64,000 nucleotides of DNA. Source: an uncultured delta proteobacterium. GTDB lineage: Bacteria; Desulfobacterota; Binatia; UBA9968. Below are positions 30,825-39,963 of this stretch, in pieces. The notes under the pieces were generated by a model. The model searched no databases, was not told the origin of the DNA, and worked only from the letters and a program-made list of their open reading frames with translations. Position 1 is the stretch's first letter, and each line of letters opens with the position of its first letter. The DNA lies in NCBI GenBank assembly GCA_963760795.1, contig CAVXEP010000034.1, forward strand, positions 1 through 64,000, read 5' to 3'. The translations under genes were made by a program, and so were the position numbers.

Positions 30825-31191
30825 ACTCAAACATTACGGCGGGTGCCACTGTGGCAAGGTGAGATTCGAAGTCCTGGCACCCACCGAGATCGAAGCGAGC
30901 GAGTGCAACGGCTCGATCTGCGGCAAGACCAGCATTCCCCTTTTCATCATCCCGACAGTCGCCATTCGGTTTGCTTCACGGGTCCGAGTTTCTAACCGGT
31001 TACACGTTTCGCTGCCGTTGTCGCTCAGCTTCTGTTCTGCCAAGTTTCCAGCATCAAGTCGTTGCTACGTGCCGCGCTCGAAGCGACGGTTAAGCGTCAA
31101 GGCGCTGTTCGACGCGACGGTAACCGGCATTAAAATCAAGTTGTGGCCGGATGATGTGGCAGAGCTTGCGCATCGTTCACGCGATGAGTAA
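30825..31191 (+). pseudogene. Degenerate GFA/CENP-V family gene
   Basis: LKHYGGCHCGKVRFEVLAPTEIEASECNGSICGKT...FC..YVPRS. GGCHCG is intact but CNCSIC has become CNGSIC, later Cys residues are lost and there is no clear start. Confidence 0.65.
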
Positions 31192-31236
31192 TTTGGCGTG
31201 GTTCAATATTCCACCTAATTCTCAGGAGTACCAGCC

Positions 31237-31452
31237 ATGGGGATAGAAGGCATCGGCTTTGTCATCGGCTTGATCGGCGCGATCTGGATGAAGAGCTCGA
31301 TCAATTTGATGCGCGAGGGTCGAGAACAGCCTGAGCTAAAAATGATCGGCCGCGAACCGGAGAACCCGGCGCTCAAGGCATTTATCCGCGGGCTATCGTT
31401 GATACTGCTGGGCTTTGGGCTAGAGACTTACGCGCGCCTGTTCTTGAATTGA
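31237..31452 (+). CDS. Small two-TM hypothetical protein
   Basis: AGGAG RBS, ATG, two hydrophobic segments. Confidence 0.6.
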   Translation: MGIEGIGFVIGLIGAIWMKSSINLMREGREQPELKMIGREPENPALKAFIRGLSLILLGFGLETYARLFLN

Positions 31453-31620
31453 AATCGTTTGAGCCGGTAAAAAACGCTCAATCGGTTTAAATTGGCTTCT
31501 CGAATATCGTTGGAGTTACTTCCCGGCAATTTTTGCGGCGCGGCGGCGGCTGGTAGAACTGACAGGTCAGCGGTACAGCCTATAGTTCGTCGGCAAAAAA
31601 AAGGCAAAAAGCAGCTTAGT

Positions 31621-31670
31621 TCGTTTATCTCGGTGGTGTGACATACGCACCGAGATAAACGATTTTTTTT
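31621..31670 (+). terminator. Strong hairpin with T8, homologous to the fba terminator
   Basis: 15-bp perfect inverted repeat TCGTTTATCTCGGTG/CACCGAGATAAACGA followed by TTTTTTTT. Confidence 0.75.
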
Positions 31671-32046
31671 GCAACGGGTGCGGTGGCTGTCCTTGTATGC
31701 CTTGCGCTCGTTAAAGCATGCCGAACCCGCGAAGCTGGATCTCCGTTCGCACGACATCACCGGGCTGAATTGCTTCAGAGTTTCCTTTGATCCACGCGGA
31801 ACCGCCGCCGGCTCATTACTCAAGCCCATCGCCCAATCCAGGCAACCTGAATGAGACTCCCATGGGCAGGACAAATTGCTTAAATTGCGCCATATTTATA
31901 GCGATTTCAATAACTTATGGATCGTACGACCGGCGCCAAGGTAATTATTTCATCAACCAGCGGATACTAAGGTCTAGCGGATCGTATCAATAGGCATGAT
32001 CAGCCGTAATGCGAATTTACCGGCCCGAATAACCAGGAGGAGTAAC

Positions 32047-33021
32047 GTGAAAACTAATATTTTAGATCGGATCGTGATGGCGATTGTGGTCGCCACTCTA
32101 TCATCGGCAGGGGTCAGTATCGCCGCGGATGGCGATCGAGGACCGCGGGAAGAACAAAGGCGTGACCAGCGGGTGGCGCAACAAGATGAAAGACCGCGAC
32201 AGCAACAAAAAGCGCCAAGCGCTCAGCAAGAACAGAAGCAAGACCAGCAGCAGCGCGAGCGCGCGCAGCAAAAATCGGATCAGGACCAGAAAGAACAGCG
32301 AATGCGGCAACAGCAGCAGCAAGAACGGGTTGAGCGTCAATCGGAGCTGATGGAAAAACAACGGCGGGCGCAGCAAGCGCAGAGGCAAGAGCGAATTCAG
32401 GAACAGAGACAACAGCAGCGTTTGTCGCAGCAGCGGCAACAAGAGCTGATTCGGCAACAGCAACAACGTGTCGAACAGTATCGTCGACATCTCGAACAGC
32501 AGGAGCGCCTCGCACGAGAGCGTGCAGCGCTGCTGGAGCGGCAAAAGCGTATGGCGCAGTATCGATTCCAGCAGGAGTATTTAGAGCGTGTCCGGCAGCA
32601 GCAAATCTATCTCCGCGACCATCGCTTCGATTACGATCATGACCCGTACTTCTACACGGCGCCGATCTATCGCTATAACCGTGGCGGCAGCTACCGCGAA
32701 ATAAATGAATACGGTGCGAAGACGCTTCGGCAGGCGGTGAACTACGGCTATGAGGAAGGCTTTCGCGCCGGAAGGGCGGACCGGGACGACCGTTGGGGTG
32801 CCAACTACGAAGACTCTTATGCCTATAGGGACGCAAACTACGGCTACAGTGGCTATTACGTAGACCGGGACGACTACAATTACTACTTTCGCGAGGGCTT
32901 CCGGCGCGGTTATGAAGATGGCTACAATAGTCGCTATCGCTATGGTCGCTTCGCTGATGGAAACTCGTCGATCTTGGAAACCATCTTGACCCAAATCCTC
33001 AACTTCCAGTCGATTGGCTGA
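32047..33021 (+). CDS. Secreted Gln/Arg-rich coiled-coil protein with Tyr/Gly-rich C-terminal domain
   Basis: AGGAGG RBS and GTG start, signal peptide, long Q/R/E low-complexity stretch, repeated GY.EG / F/YREGFRRGYEDGY motifs. Confidence 0.75.
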   Translation: MKTNILDRIVMAIVVATLSSAGVSIAADGDRGPREEQRRDQRVAQQDERPRQQQKAPSAQQEQKQDQQQRERAQQKSDQDQKEQRMRQQQQQERVERQSELMEKQRRAQQAQRQERIQEQRQQQRLSQQRQQELIRQQQQRVEQYRRHLEQQERLARERAALLERQKRMAQYRFQQEYLERVRQQQIYLRDHRFDYDHDPYFYTAPIYRYNRGGSYREINEYGAKTLRQAVNYGYEEGFRAGRADRDDRWGANYEDSYAYRDANYGYSGYYVDRDDYNYYFREGFRRGYEDGYNSRYRYGRFADGNSSILETILTQILNFQSIG

Positions 33022-33044
33022 CAGGCGAAAGTCTCTCGCTAAAC

Positions 33045-33089
33045 CAGCGCCCGGCCACTTACGAGAAAAGTGAGTGGATCCGGGCGCTG
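33045..33089. terminator. Hairpin between convergent genes (possible bidirectional terminator)
   Basis: CAGCGCCCGG/CCGGGCGCTG plus inner CCACTTAC/GTGAGTGG. Confidence 0.6.
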
Positions 33090-33104
33090 CTTTATTGGGG
33101 TTGC

Positions 33105-33545
33105 CTATTGCCAGCCGATTGGATCGTAGTTTTTCTCGCGCAAACAGCGATTGACGAAAGTCTTGTAAGCCGGACTCGGGCTTTGCTTGCGCGTCAGGCC
33201 GTGAATTACGCCGCGCGTGACACCGGCAGCTCCGCCGCCGGCAGCGCCCACCGCGGCGCCCGTCCCGGCGCGACCCACTACCGCGCCACCGGCTGCTCCG
33301 GCGGCGGCGCCTATGGCCGCTCCCGTGCCGCCACCCACCGCCGCCTGATCCAATGCTGTTCTGCCGGCAGCCGAGGAAACATATTCCTCGGCTCGTTGCA
33401 TGCATTCATTGATGTCCTGATCGGCCGCGCTGTTACCGACCCGCTGCAAGTGCTGATTGGGATAAAGTATCGGGCGCTGCGCTGCGCAGGCGATCAGAAT
33501 TAAGGAAAAAATCGCGGCGGCAAGAAAAGTTTTTATTGGTATCAT
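33105..33545 (-). CDS. Glycine-zipper lipoprotein
   Basis: Lipobox LIAC, GAAIGAAAGAAGGAV..GAAVGAAGG zipper, paired Cys (DINEC, FVNRCLREK.Y). Confidence 0.8.
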   Translation of the reverse strand: MIPIKTFLAAAIFSLILIACAAQRPILYPNQHLQRVGNSAADQDINECMQRAEEYVSSAAGRTALDQAAVGGGTGAAIGAAAGAAGGAVVGRAGTGAAVGAAGGGAAGVTRGVIHGLTRKQSPSPAYKTFVNRCLREKNYDPIGWQ

Positions 33546-33787
33546 GACGCAGTTTAGCTTTTGCAACCATAATCATGTCGCTCTCTTCTGCGCAATAAGA
33601 ACGTTTCGCCGGCATCTGCCGCCATGCGGCAAGGCCCCGTGGGCCGACTTTAGGCGATGGCAAATTGGCACTTCTTTATTGGTTTGAAAAACGCAATTGT
33701 GACTGGCGCTGAGGAACTTGAGGATGCTTCCAACGGATAAATTTACCGGCTGTACCAGCAGAATCGCTCATGCGCGAGCTCAACCGG

Positions 33788-33816
33788 TTGACCGCCTCCT
33801 TGTCATTTCGTATGTT
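33788..33816 (+). promoter_or_regulatory. Putative sigma70 promoter of the amidohydrolase operon
   Basis: TTGACC-N17-TATGTT about 80 nt upstream of the ATG at 33896. Confidence 0.4.
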
Positions 33817-33895
33817 ACGCAGAGTAATAGGCTATTATTGGCAAAAGGCGAATTGACAAAATCCTTAACTCTCCAACTCAACAGGAGGTTTTCTT

Positions 33896-35593
33896 ATGGC
33901 TTATGATCTCGTGATACGCGGTGGACGGGTGGTTGACGGTTCCGGCTTGCCGTCCTACGTGGCCGATGTCGGTGTCAAGGACGGTAAGGTCGTCGAAGTG
34001 GGCAAGCTTAAAGACGGCGCCGCGAAAACCATCGACGCCGCCGGGTTGGCAGTGTCGCCCGGTTTCATCGATCATCATACCCATCTCGACGCGCAGATGC
34101 TCTGGGATCCCTATGGCACCTGTGAGCCGCAGCATGGCGTGACCTCGGTGGTGATGGGCAACTGCGGCTTGTCCCTGGCACCGGTCAGGCCGGGCATCGA
34201 AGACGCCATCGTCAAAAGTTTCGTGCGCGTCGAAGCGATCCCGCGCATTGCTCTTGAGCAGGGCGTGAAATGGAACTGGCATAGCTACGGCGAGTATCTC
34301 GACAACTTCGAAGGCAAGGTCGGTATCAATGTCGGCGGTCTGGTCGGCCACATCGCCGTGCGCCATCACGCCATGGGCGAAGAAGCCGTAGAACGCAAGG
34401 CTACCGGCACGGAAGTGCAAAAGATGAAAGGCCTCGTGCTTGATGCCATGGAAGGCGGCGCCCTGGGCATGTCGACCAACCGCAACGACCGCCATATGCG
34501 CGAGGACGGCAAGCCGGTGTCGAGCCGCTTGGCCGACGACGACGAATTTTTCGCGCTTTGCGATGTCTTGGGCGAGCGCAATGCCGGGGTGATCGAAACC
34601 ATTTTGGGCCGCAACAAGGTCGAACATTTCGAGTGGTACCATGAATTGGCCAAACGGACTCAAAGACCGATCCTGTGGCAGAGCCTGCAACATCGCTGGT
34701 CCGAACCCAATCTCTGGCGCGAGCAGTTGGCCGCCGTCGAGCCGATCTTCAAAGCCGGCTATCAAGCCTACGGCTTGACCCATACGGTGCCGCTGGTGCG
34801 CCACTTCACGTTGAAAGATTGCCAGATTTTCGACGAGTTCCCGACTTGGAAAAATTTGATGTTTCTGCCGGTGGAAGTGCGCAAACAGGCGTTCGCCGAC
34901 GCCGACACCCGGACCAAGCTGCAGTATGAGATCGATAACATGCGCTTGACCAATTATCACAAGCGTTGGGATATCCCCAAAGTCGAGAAATGCTTCAAAC
35001 CGGAAAATCAAAAATATGTCGGCAAGACCATCGCCGAGATGGCGGCCATGCGCAATCAAAAGCCAATTGACGCTTTCCTCGATCTCGCTCTCGATGAAAA
35101 TCTCGAGACGATTTTCTGGAACGCCAACAACGGCGGCGACTGGAACGCCATGGGCGAAATCTTGCGCAGCCCCTATGTGCTGATCGGCACTTCGGACGCC
35201 GGCGCCCATGTGCTGTTCGGCGCGGACTTCGGTTACGGCACGATTCTTTTGGGCCTGTGGGTGCGTGAGCGCCAAGTGATGTCGTTGGAACAGGCGATTC
35301 ACAAACTGACCTTCCATCCGGCGTCGATCTTTGGCTTGCAGGGGCGCGGTTTATTGCGGCCGGGCTATGCCGCCGATTTCGCGATCTTCGATCCCGCAAC
35401 AGTTAACGCCGAGGAGCCTACGTGGGCCAATGATTTCCCGGCCAACACCAAACGCATGGTGCAGCAATCGGTCGGCATGCACTACACCATCGTCAACGGC
35501 ACTGTGATCAACGATCACGGGCGCATGACCGGCGATCTGCCCGGCCAAGTGATGCGCGGGCCGCTGTACCGTCAACATAAGGCGGCTGCGTAA
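33896..35593 (+). CDS. Amidohydrolase, N-acyl-D-amino-acid deacylase family
   Basis: DLVIRGGRVVDGSG, PGFIDHHTHLD, MGNCG, SDAGAH, RGLLRPGYAAD. Confidence 0.9.
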   Translation: MAYDLVIRGGRVVDGSGLPSYVADVGVKDGKVVEVGKLKDGAAKTIDAAGLAVSPGFIDHHTHLDAQMLWDPYGTCEPQHGVTSVVMGNCGLSLAPVRPGIEDAIVKSFVRVEAIPRIALEQGVKWNWHSYGEYLDNFEGKVGINVGGLVGHIAVRHHAMGEEAVERKATGTEVQKMKGLVLDAMEGGALGMSTNRNDRHMREDGKPVSSRLADDDEFFALCDVLGERNAGVIETILGRNKVEHFEWYHELAKRTQRPILWQSLQHRWSEPNLWREQLAAVEPIFKAGYQAYGLTHTVPLVRHFTLKDCQIFDEFPTWKNLMFLPVEVRKQAFADADTRTKLQYEIDNMRLTNYHKRWDIPKVEKCFKPENQKYVGKTIAEMAAMRNQKPIDAFLDLALDENLETIFWNANNGGDWNAMGEILRSPYVLIGTSDAGAHVLFGADFGYGTILLGLWVRERQVMSLEQAIHKLTFHPASIFGLQGRGLLRPGYAADFAIFDPATVNAEEPTWANDFPANTKRMVQQSVGMHYTIVNGTVINDHGRMTGDLPGQVMRGPLYRQHKAAA

Positions 35594-35594
35594 T

Positions 35595-35924
35595 ATGGGA
35601 GTGAGTTATATTCCAGTTGCCCGCATCGGTGAGCTCACTCCCGGTGCCATGAAAGAGGTCGACCTCGGCGGACGCCAAGTGCTCTTGGCGTTCGCCGAGG
35701 GCAAGTATTATGCGTTCGCGCGCCAGTGTCCCCATGAAGAAGCGGATTTGAAAGAGGCCGGGCAGCTGTTCAATGTCAATGGCACGCAGATTCGCTGCAA
35801 CAATCATAGCTACTGTTTCGATCTCAAAACCGGCGACTGCACGCTGCCCAAAGGCGGCGCGCCGCTGACCGTGCTGCCTACCGAAGAACGCGGCGAAGAA
35901 GTTTGCATTCGCCTCGAGTGGTGA
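35595..35924 (+). CDS. Rieske [2Fe-2S] ferredoxin
   Basis: CPHE...CNNH (CxH / CxxH), FDLKTG. Confidence 0.85.
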   Translation: MGVSYIPVARIGELTPGAMKEVDLGGRQVLLAFAEGKYYAFARQCPHEEADLKEAGQLFNVNGTQIRCNNHSYCFDLKTGDCTLPKGGAPLTVLPTEERGEEVCIRLEW

Positions 35925-35992
35925 AGCTTCCGTGGATTGCCGGCGCGACCCTCACTTGTCGCTCATTGCCGGCTGCAACTGCAAGGAAACCG

Positions 35993-36892
35993 ATGCGATA
36001 TAATCGCCTGCTATCGATCGCGCACCCGCTAGCGCTCGCGCTGGTTTGTGCCGCGTTGAGCGGGCAATTCGACAAGCTTTCGGCGCAGGAGAAAAGTTTT
36101 CTCTGGAAGGCGCAGGGGAGTGAAAACACGGTTTACATTCTCGGTTCGATTCATTTGCTCAAACGCGAGAGCGCGGCGTTGAAACCGCTCGTTCAGGAGG
36201 TTTTCGGCAAAAGCAAACGTTTGGTGTTCGAAATCGATCTGCTCAAGGAGGGTCCGGATAAAGTTCAACAACTGTTGATGCAGAAAGGCGTCAATCTCGA
36301 CGGTAAGATGTTGCCGCAGCAGTTGTCGCCGGAGACTTACGAATTGGCCAGGCAGAAGGCCGGCGAGCTGGGCATCGATATCAAGCTTTTAGCGCCGCTC
36401 AAACCTTGGGTGGTCGCGCTGACGATGGTGGTGATGCAGCTACAGAAGCTCGGTTATGATCCGAGCCTGGGGATCGATCACCAACTGGCGCAGCGCGCCA
36501 AGCAAGAGAACAAGCCGGTGTCCGGTTTGGAAACCGCCGAGTTCCAAATGGATATTTTCAACGAATTGACGGCGCCGCAGCAGGATATGTTCCTGCGCCA
36601 GTCGTTGCAGGAAATGGACCAATTGGAGAAAGCTGTCGACGATATGGTCGGCGCGTGGAACAGCGGGGATGTCGCTCGCGGCGAGCGGCTATTTTTGGAT
36701 AGCATACGCGCTTACCCTGAGCTGAAAGACAAAGTTCTCGACGCGCGCAACCGCCGCTGGATACCGCAGATCGAACAGCTCTTGAAACAAAACCAGGATG
36801 TTCTCGTGGTGGTCGGTACGGCGCATTTGGTCGGCAAATCCGGCGTTATCGAGTTACTCAAAGATCGCGGCTACAGATTGGAGCAGATGTAA
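35993..36892 (+). CDS. TraB/GumN family protein
   Basis: FLWK, YILGSIH, GID, GLET.EFQ, RNRRW, VVVGTAHLVG. Confidence 0.9.
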   Translation: MRYNRLLSIAHPLALALVCAALSGQFDKLSAQEKSFLWKAQGSENTVYILGSIHLLKRESAALKPLVQEVFGKSKRLVFEIDLLKEGPDKVQQLLMQKGVNLDGKMLPQQLSPETYELARQKAGELGIDIKLLAPLKPWVVALTMVVMQLQKLGYDPSLGIDHQLAQRAKQENKPVSGLETAEFQMDIFNELTAPQQDMFLRQSLQEMDQLEKAVDDMVGAWNSGDVARGERLFLDSIRAYPELKDKVLDARNRRWIPQIEQLLKQNQDVLVVVGTAHLVGKSGVIELLKDRGYRLEQM

Positions 36893-37387
36893 ATGGCGGG
36901 ACAAAATCTTGAGTTCAAATCGATCCGGGTGGCGGACTGGATGACCGAGAACGTGTTGGCCGTGGAGACTTACGACAGCATCGCCATCGCCCGGCAGGTC
37001 ATGGCCAAACATCGGGTCAATCAGCTGCCGGTGCTCGACAACGATAATTTAGTCGGTATCGTCACCGACCGGGATCTGCGCGATGCCTATCCGACCAGCA
37101 TGATGATCGATCAGACCAAAGCGATCGACAGCTTTGCCGAAAAGGTTACCGTCGAAGAAGTTATGACGCACGATATCTTGATCGTCCGTCCGGAAATGCC
37201 GCTGGCGACGGCGGTGGCGTTGTTGCGGAAACACCGCATTGGCTCTTTGCCAGTGGTGAGAAACAAGAGTCTCGTCGGCATCATCACGCGTAGTGATATT
37301 CTCGATTTCGTGCTGGATGGTGGGCCGAAGCGTAAGCGACTGATCGCGAAAGCGCCGATTCGAAAGGCCAAGAAAAAGCGTAAATAG
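36893..37387 (+). CDS. CBS-domain protein (AcuB-like)
   Basis: VADWMT, LPVLD..LVGIVTDRDL, IGSLPVV..LVGIITRSDI. Confidence 0.88.
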   Translation: MAGQNLEFKSIRVADWMTENVLAVETYDSIAIARQVMAKHRVNQLPVLDNDNLVGIVTDRDLRDAYPTSMMIDQTKAIDSFAEKVTVEEVMTHDILIVRPEMPLATAVALLRKHRIGSLPVVRNKSLVGIITRSDILDFVLDGGPKRKRLIAKAPIRKAKKKRK

Positions 37388-37430
37388 TTGCGCCATTCGC
37401 GCTGCTGAAGTTATCCAAGGGGAGAGGGAT

Positions 37431-37925
37431 ATGCCGTCATTCGACATCGTCAGCCGCATCGATATGCAGGAGGTCGACAATGCGGTCAACATTACCAGTA
37501 AAACGATTTTGACCCGCTACGATTTCCGTGGCTCGAAGACTGAAATCTCGCTTGACAAGAAGGAAAAGAAACTCCTCGTCACCACCGAAGACGACATGAA
37601 AATGCGGGCGATCCAGGACACGTTGATCGAGAACCTGGTCAAGCGCAAAGTCGACCGCCGCTGTCTGGACCCCAAAACTACCGAGCCAGCGGCCTATGGC
37701 ATGATCAAACGTGAAATCGCGATCAAGGATGGCGTCGACTCGGACAACGCCCGAGCCATCGTGAAACTGATCAAGGACAAGAAACTCAAAGTGCAAGCCG
37801 CCATGCAGGATAACCAGGTGCGCGTGACGGGTAAGAAGATCGATGATTTGCAGGAAGTGATGCAGATGCTGCGCGGTTCGGATATTCCCATCCCACTGCA
37901 GTTCGTCAATATGCAGAGCCGCTGA
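37431..37925 (+). CDS. yajQ: YajQ family nucleotide/c-di-GMP-binding protein
   Basis: MPSFDIVS, EVDNA, RYDFRGS, KLKVQA, RVTGKKIDDLQ, PLQFVN. Confidence 0.95.
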   Translation: MPSFDIVSRIDMQEVDNAVNITSKTILTRYDFRGSKTEISLDKKEKKLLVTTEDDMKMRAIQDTLIENLVKRKVDRRCLDPKTTEPAAYGMIKREIAIKDGVDSDNARAIVKLIKDKKLKVQAAMQDNQVRVTGKKIDDLQEVMQMLRGSDIPIPLQFVNMQSR

Positions 37926-37952
37926 GAAATATTAATTGAACAGGAGCCGGAC

Positions 37953-38348
37953 ATGGAGAAAATCAAAAAGAACGATGATGAGTGGAAAAAGCAGTTGAGC
38001 GACGAGCAATTCGAGGTCGCGCGCAAGAAGGGCACCGAGCGCGCCTTCACCGGCGCCTATTGGGACAATCACGAGAAAGGCACATACCGGTGCATTTGCT
38101 GCGGCAACGAGCTATTCAGCTCGGACACCAAGTTCGATTCCGGCACCGGTTGGCCGAGCTTCTATGCTCCAGTGGCGGCGGACAATGTCGAAACCGAGAC
38201 TGACAACAGCTACGGCATGCGCCGGGTCGAAGCGCTGTGCAGCAAGTGCGACGCCCACTTGGGCCATGTCTTCGACGACGGGCCCAAGCCGACCCAGCTG
38301 CGTTATTGCATTAATTCGGCATCGCTCAAGTTCGAAAAAGATAAATAG
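37953..38348 (+). CDS. msrB: Methionine-R-sulfoxide reductase (Cys form)
   Basis: [45 protein letters not shown]. Confidence 0.97.
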   Translation: MEKIKKNDDEWKKQLSDEQFEVARKKGTERAFTGAYWDNHEKGTYRCICCGNELFSSDTKFDSGTGWPSFYAPVAADNVETETDNSYGMRRVEALCSKCDAHLGHVFDDGPKPTQLRYCINSASLKFEKDK

Positions 38349-38349
38349 C

Positions 38350-38805
38350 GTGAGCGCGATCGCCTTTCAGGACCAAGGGTCGGTGCATCACTGCCATGGC
38401 TGCGGGTCGGCAAATGAAAAGGGGCTGCAGCTTAAGAGTTTCTGGAACGGCGACGAGGCGGTTGCCACCTGGCGCGCCCAGCCGCATCATTGCGGCGGCA
38501 CGCGGGAGAATTTAAACGGCGGCATCATCGCGTCACTGATCGATTGCCACAGTTTAAACCTTGCCATTGCCCACGCCTACCGCGCCGAGGCGCGCGCCAT
38601 TGGTAGCGCGCCGCGTATCGGCTATGTGACGGCGAATCTGAATGTTTCATACCGCAAGCCGACGCCGCTGCAAGAATCCATCGAGCTGCACGCGCGGATT
38701 CGCCAGCTTGAAGGACGCAAGGCCTGGGTCGATTGCACGTTGAGCGCCGCGGGTGTCATTTGCGCCACCGGAGAAGTGCTCGGCGTGCGGGTGGAGTGGA
38801 ATTGA
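38350..38805 (+). CDS. PaaI-family hotdog thioesterase
   Basis: CHGCG..NEKGL, LNGGIIASLIDCH, VTANLNVSYRKPTP. Confidence 0.85.
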   Translation: MSAIAFQDQGSVHHCHGCGSANEKGLQLKSFWNGDEAVATWRAQPHHCGGTRENLNGGIIASLIDCHSLNLAIAHAYRAEARAIGSAPRIGYVTANLNVSYRKPTPLQESIELHARIRQLEGRKAWVDCTLSAAGVICATGEVLGVRVEWN

Positions 38806-38813
38806 ATGGGAAG

Positions 38814-38906
38814 GGTTCAAGCCGTTCAATAAGTTCAAGTCGTTCAAGACGTCTCGGAGGCTATCTGTCGATTTGAAAGGCTTTAACGATTTGAACGTTT
38901 TGAACC
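38814..38906. repeat. Inverted array of 4+4 GTTCAA/TTGAAC units with 9-nt period
   Basis: GTTCAA at 38815, 38824, 38833, 38842; TTGAAA/TTTAAC/TTGAAC/TTGAAC at 38873, 38882, 38891, 38900. Confidence 0.75.
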
Positions 38907-38918
38907 TCTAGGAAGACT

Positions 38919-39863
38919 ATGGAATACACCACACTCGGTAAAACCGGATTGAAAGTCAGCGTCGCCGGGCTCGGCTGCGGCGGGCCGAGCCGGCTTGGCA
39001 TGCGCGGCGATGCCGGTGCGGAAGCTCATGCGGTTCGCCTGATCAAGCAGGCGCTCGATCTCGGTGTCAATTTTCTCGATACGGCGCAGAATTACGGCAC
39101 CGAGGGGGTGGTCGGCACAGCGATCGCCGGCACGCCGCGCGACCGCGTGGTGATATCGACGAAAAAAACTTTGCCAACGCCTGACGAGGCAAATCCGGAA
39201 GCGGCGATCATCGAAGGCGTGGAGAAGAGTTTAAAACTTCTTGGCACCGACTACATCGACATCTATCATCTGCACGGCGTCGAGCCGAAGGACTATGAAT
39301 TTGCGCAAAACCGCCTGATCGCGCCGATGCGGCGGCTGAAAGAGCAGGGCAAGATTCGCTTCATCGGGGTCACTGAAGGGTTTGTCGTCGACACCACGCA
39401 TACGATGTTGGCGGACAGCCTTAACAAAAACCTCTGGGACGTGGTGATGGTCGGCTTCAGCTTGCTCAATCCGTCGGCGCGCAAGAACGTCTTCCCGCTG
39501 ACCCTGAAGAGCGGCGTCGGCGTGCTCGATATGTTCGCGGTGCGGCGCGCTCTTAGCCAGCCCCAGCGGCTAAAAGAAATGTGTGCCGAGCTGGTCGAGA
39601 AACGCGCCATCGCGAAGGACGCGCTGGATCTCGACGCTCCGCTTGGTTTCCTGCTCAAAGAAACCGACGCCGCGACTTTGCCGGAAGCGGCGTACCGTTT
39701 TTGCCGCCACGAGCGCGGTGTCGACGTCGTTCTCACCGGCACCGGCAACTCCGATCACCTGAAAGAGAACATCGCCGCAATCTTGAAACCGCCGCTACCG
39801 CAAGCGTCGCTCGAGAAACTTGAGAAATTGTTCGGTGGCTTGGATTCTCTAACCGGCAATTAG
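38919..39863 (+). CDS. Aldo/keto reductase
   Basis: LGKTGLKVS..GLG, GVNFLDTAQNYG, STK, SLKLLGTDYIDIYHLH, GKIRFIGV. Confidence 0.93.
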   Translation: MEYTTLGKTGLKVSVAGLGCGGPSRLGMRGDAGAEAHAVRLIKQALDLGVNFLDTAQNYGTEGVVGTAIAGTPRDRVVISTKKTLPTPDEANPEAAIIEGVEKSLKLLGTDYIDIYHLHGVEPKDYEFAQNRLIAPMRRLKEQGKIRFIGVTEGFVVDTTHTMLADSLNKNLWDVVMVGFSLLNPSARKNVFPLTLKSGVGVLDMFAVRRALSQPQRLKEMCAELVEKRAIAKDALDLDAPLGFLLKETDAATLPEAAYRFCRHERGVDVVLTGTGNSDHLKENIAAILKPPLPQASLEKLEKLFGGLDSLTGN

Positions 39864-39963
39864 TTATCGCATTCCGCGTTGAGTCATCGGCCCTTGCCCT
39901 CTCCCGCTGCTGCGGGAGCGGGCAACCTGAAGAAAGGTTACGAATTAGAATAGACGCACGACG

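Noticed and set aside
31690-31995. Short ORFs 31669..31854 and 31787..31993
   Set aside because: No RBS, motif or family resemblance; treated as intergenic or decayed sequence.
33666-33682. Sigma54 promoters at 33666 (TTGGCACTTCTTTATT) and 63306 (TTGGCATTGGTGATAT)
   Set aside because: Both lack the GC at the -12 position.
33878-35317. Long antisense ORFs (e.g. 33878..35317, 59151..60248, 27361..28311, 57971..58885)
   Set aside because: Shadow ORFs opposite well-supported genes, expected from GC-rich codon bias; no recognisable motifs.
35993-36892. Conjugation system suggested by the TraB name
   Set aside because: TraB/GumN (Tiki-like) family proteins are not T4SS components; no tra genes nearby.
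37953-38348. MsrB as a second selenoprotein
   Set aside because: The catalytic RYCINS codon is TGC and the ORF is uninterrupted.
38814-38906. CRISPR array or integron attC for the short periodic repeats
   Set aside because: Units are 6-9 nt with no unique spacers, no cas or intI gene, and no RYYYAAC/GTTRRRY boxes.
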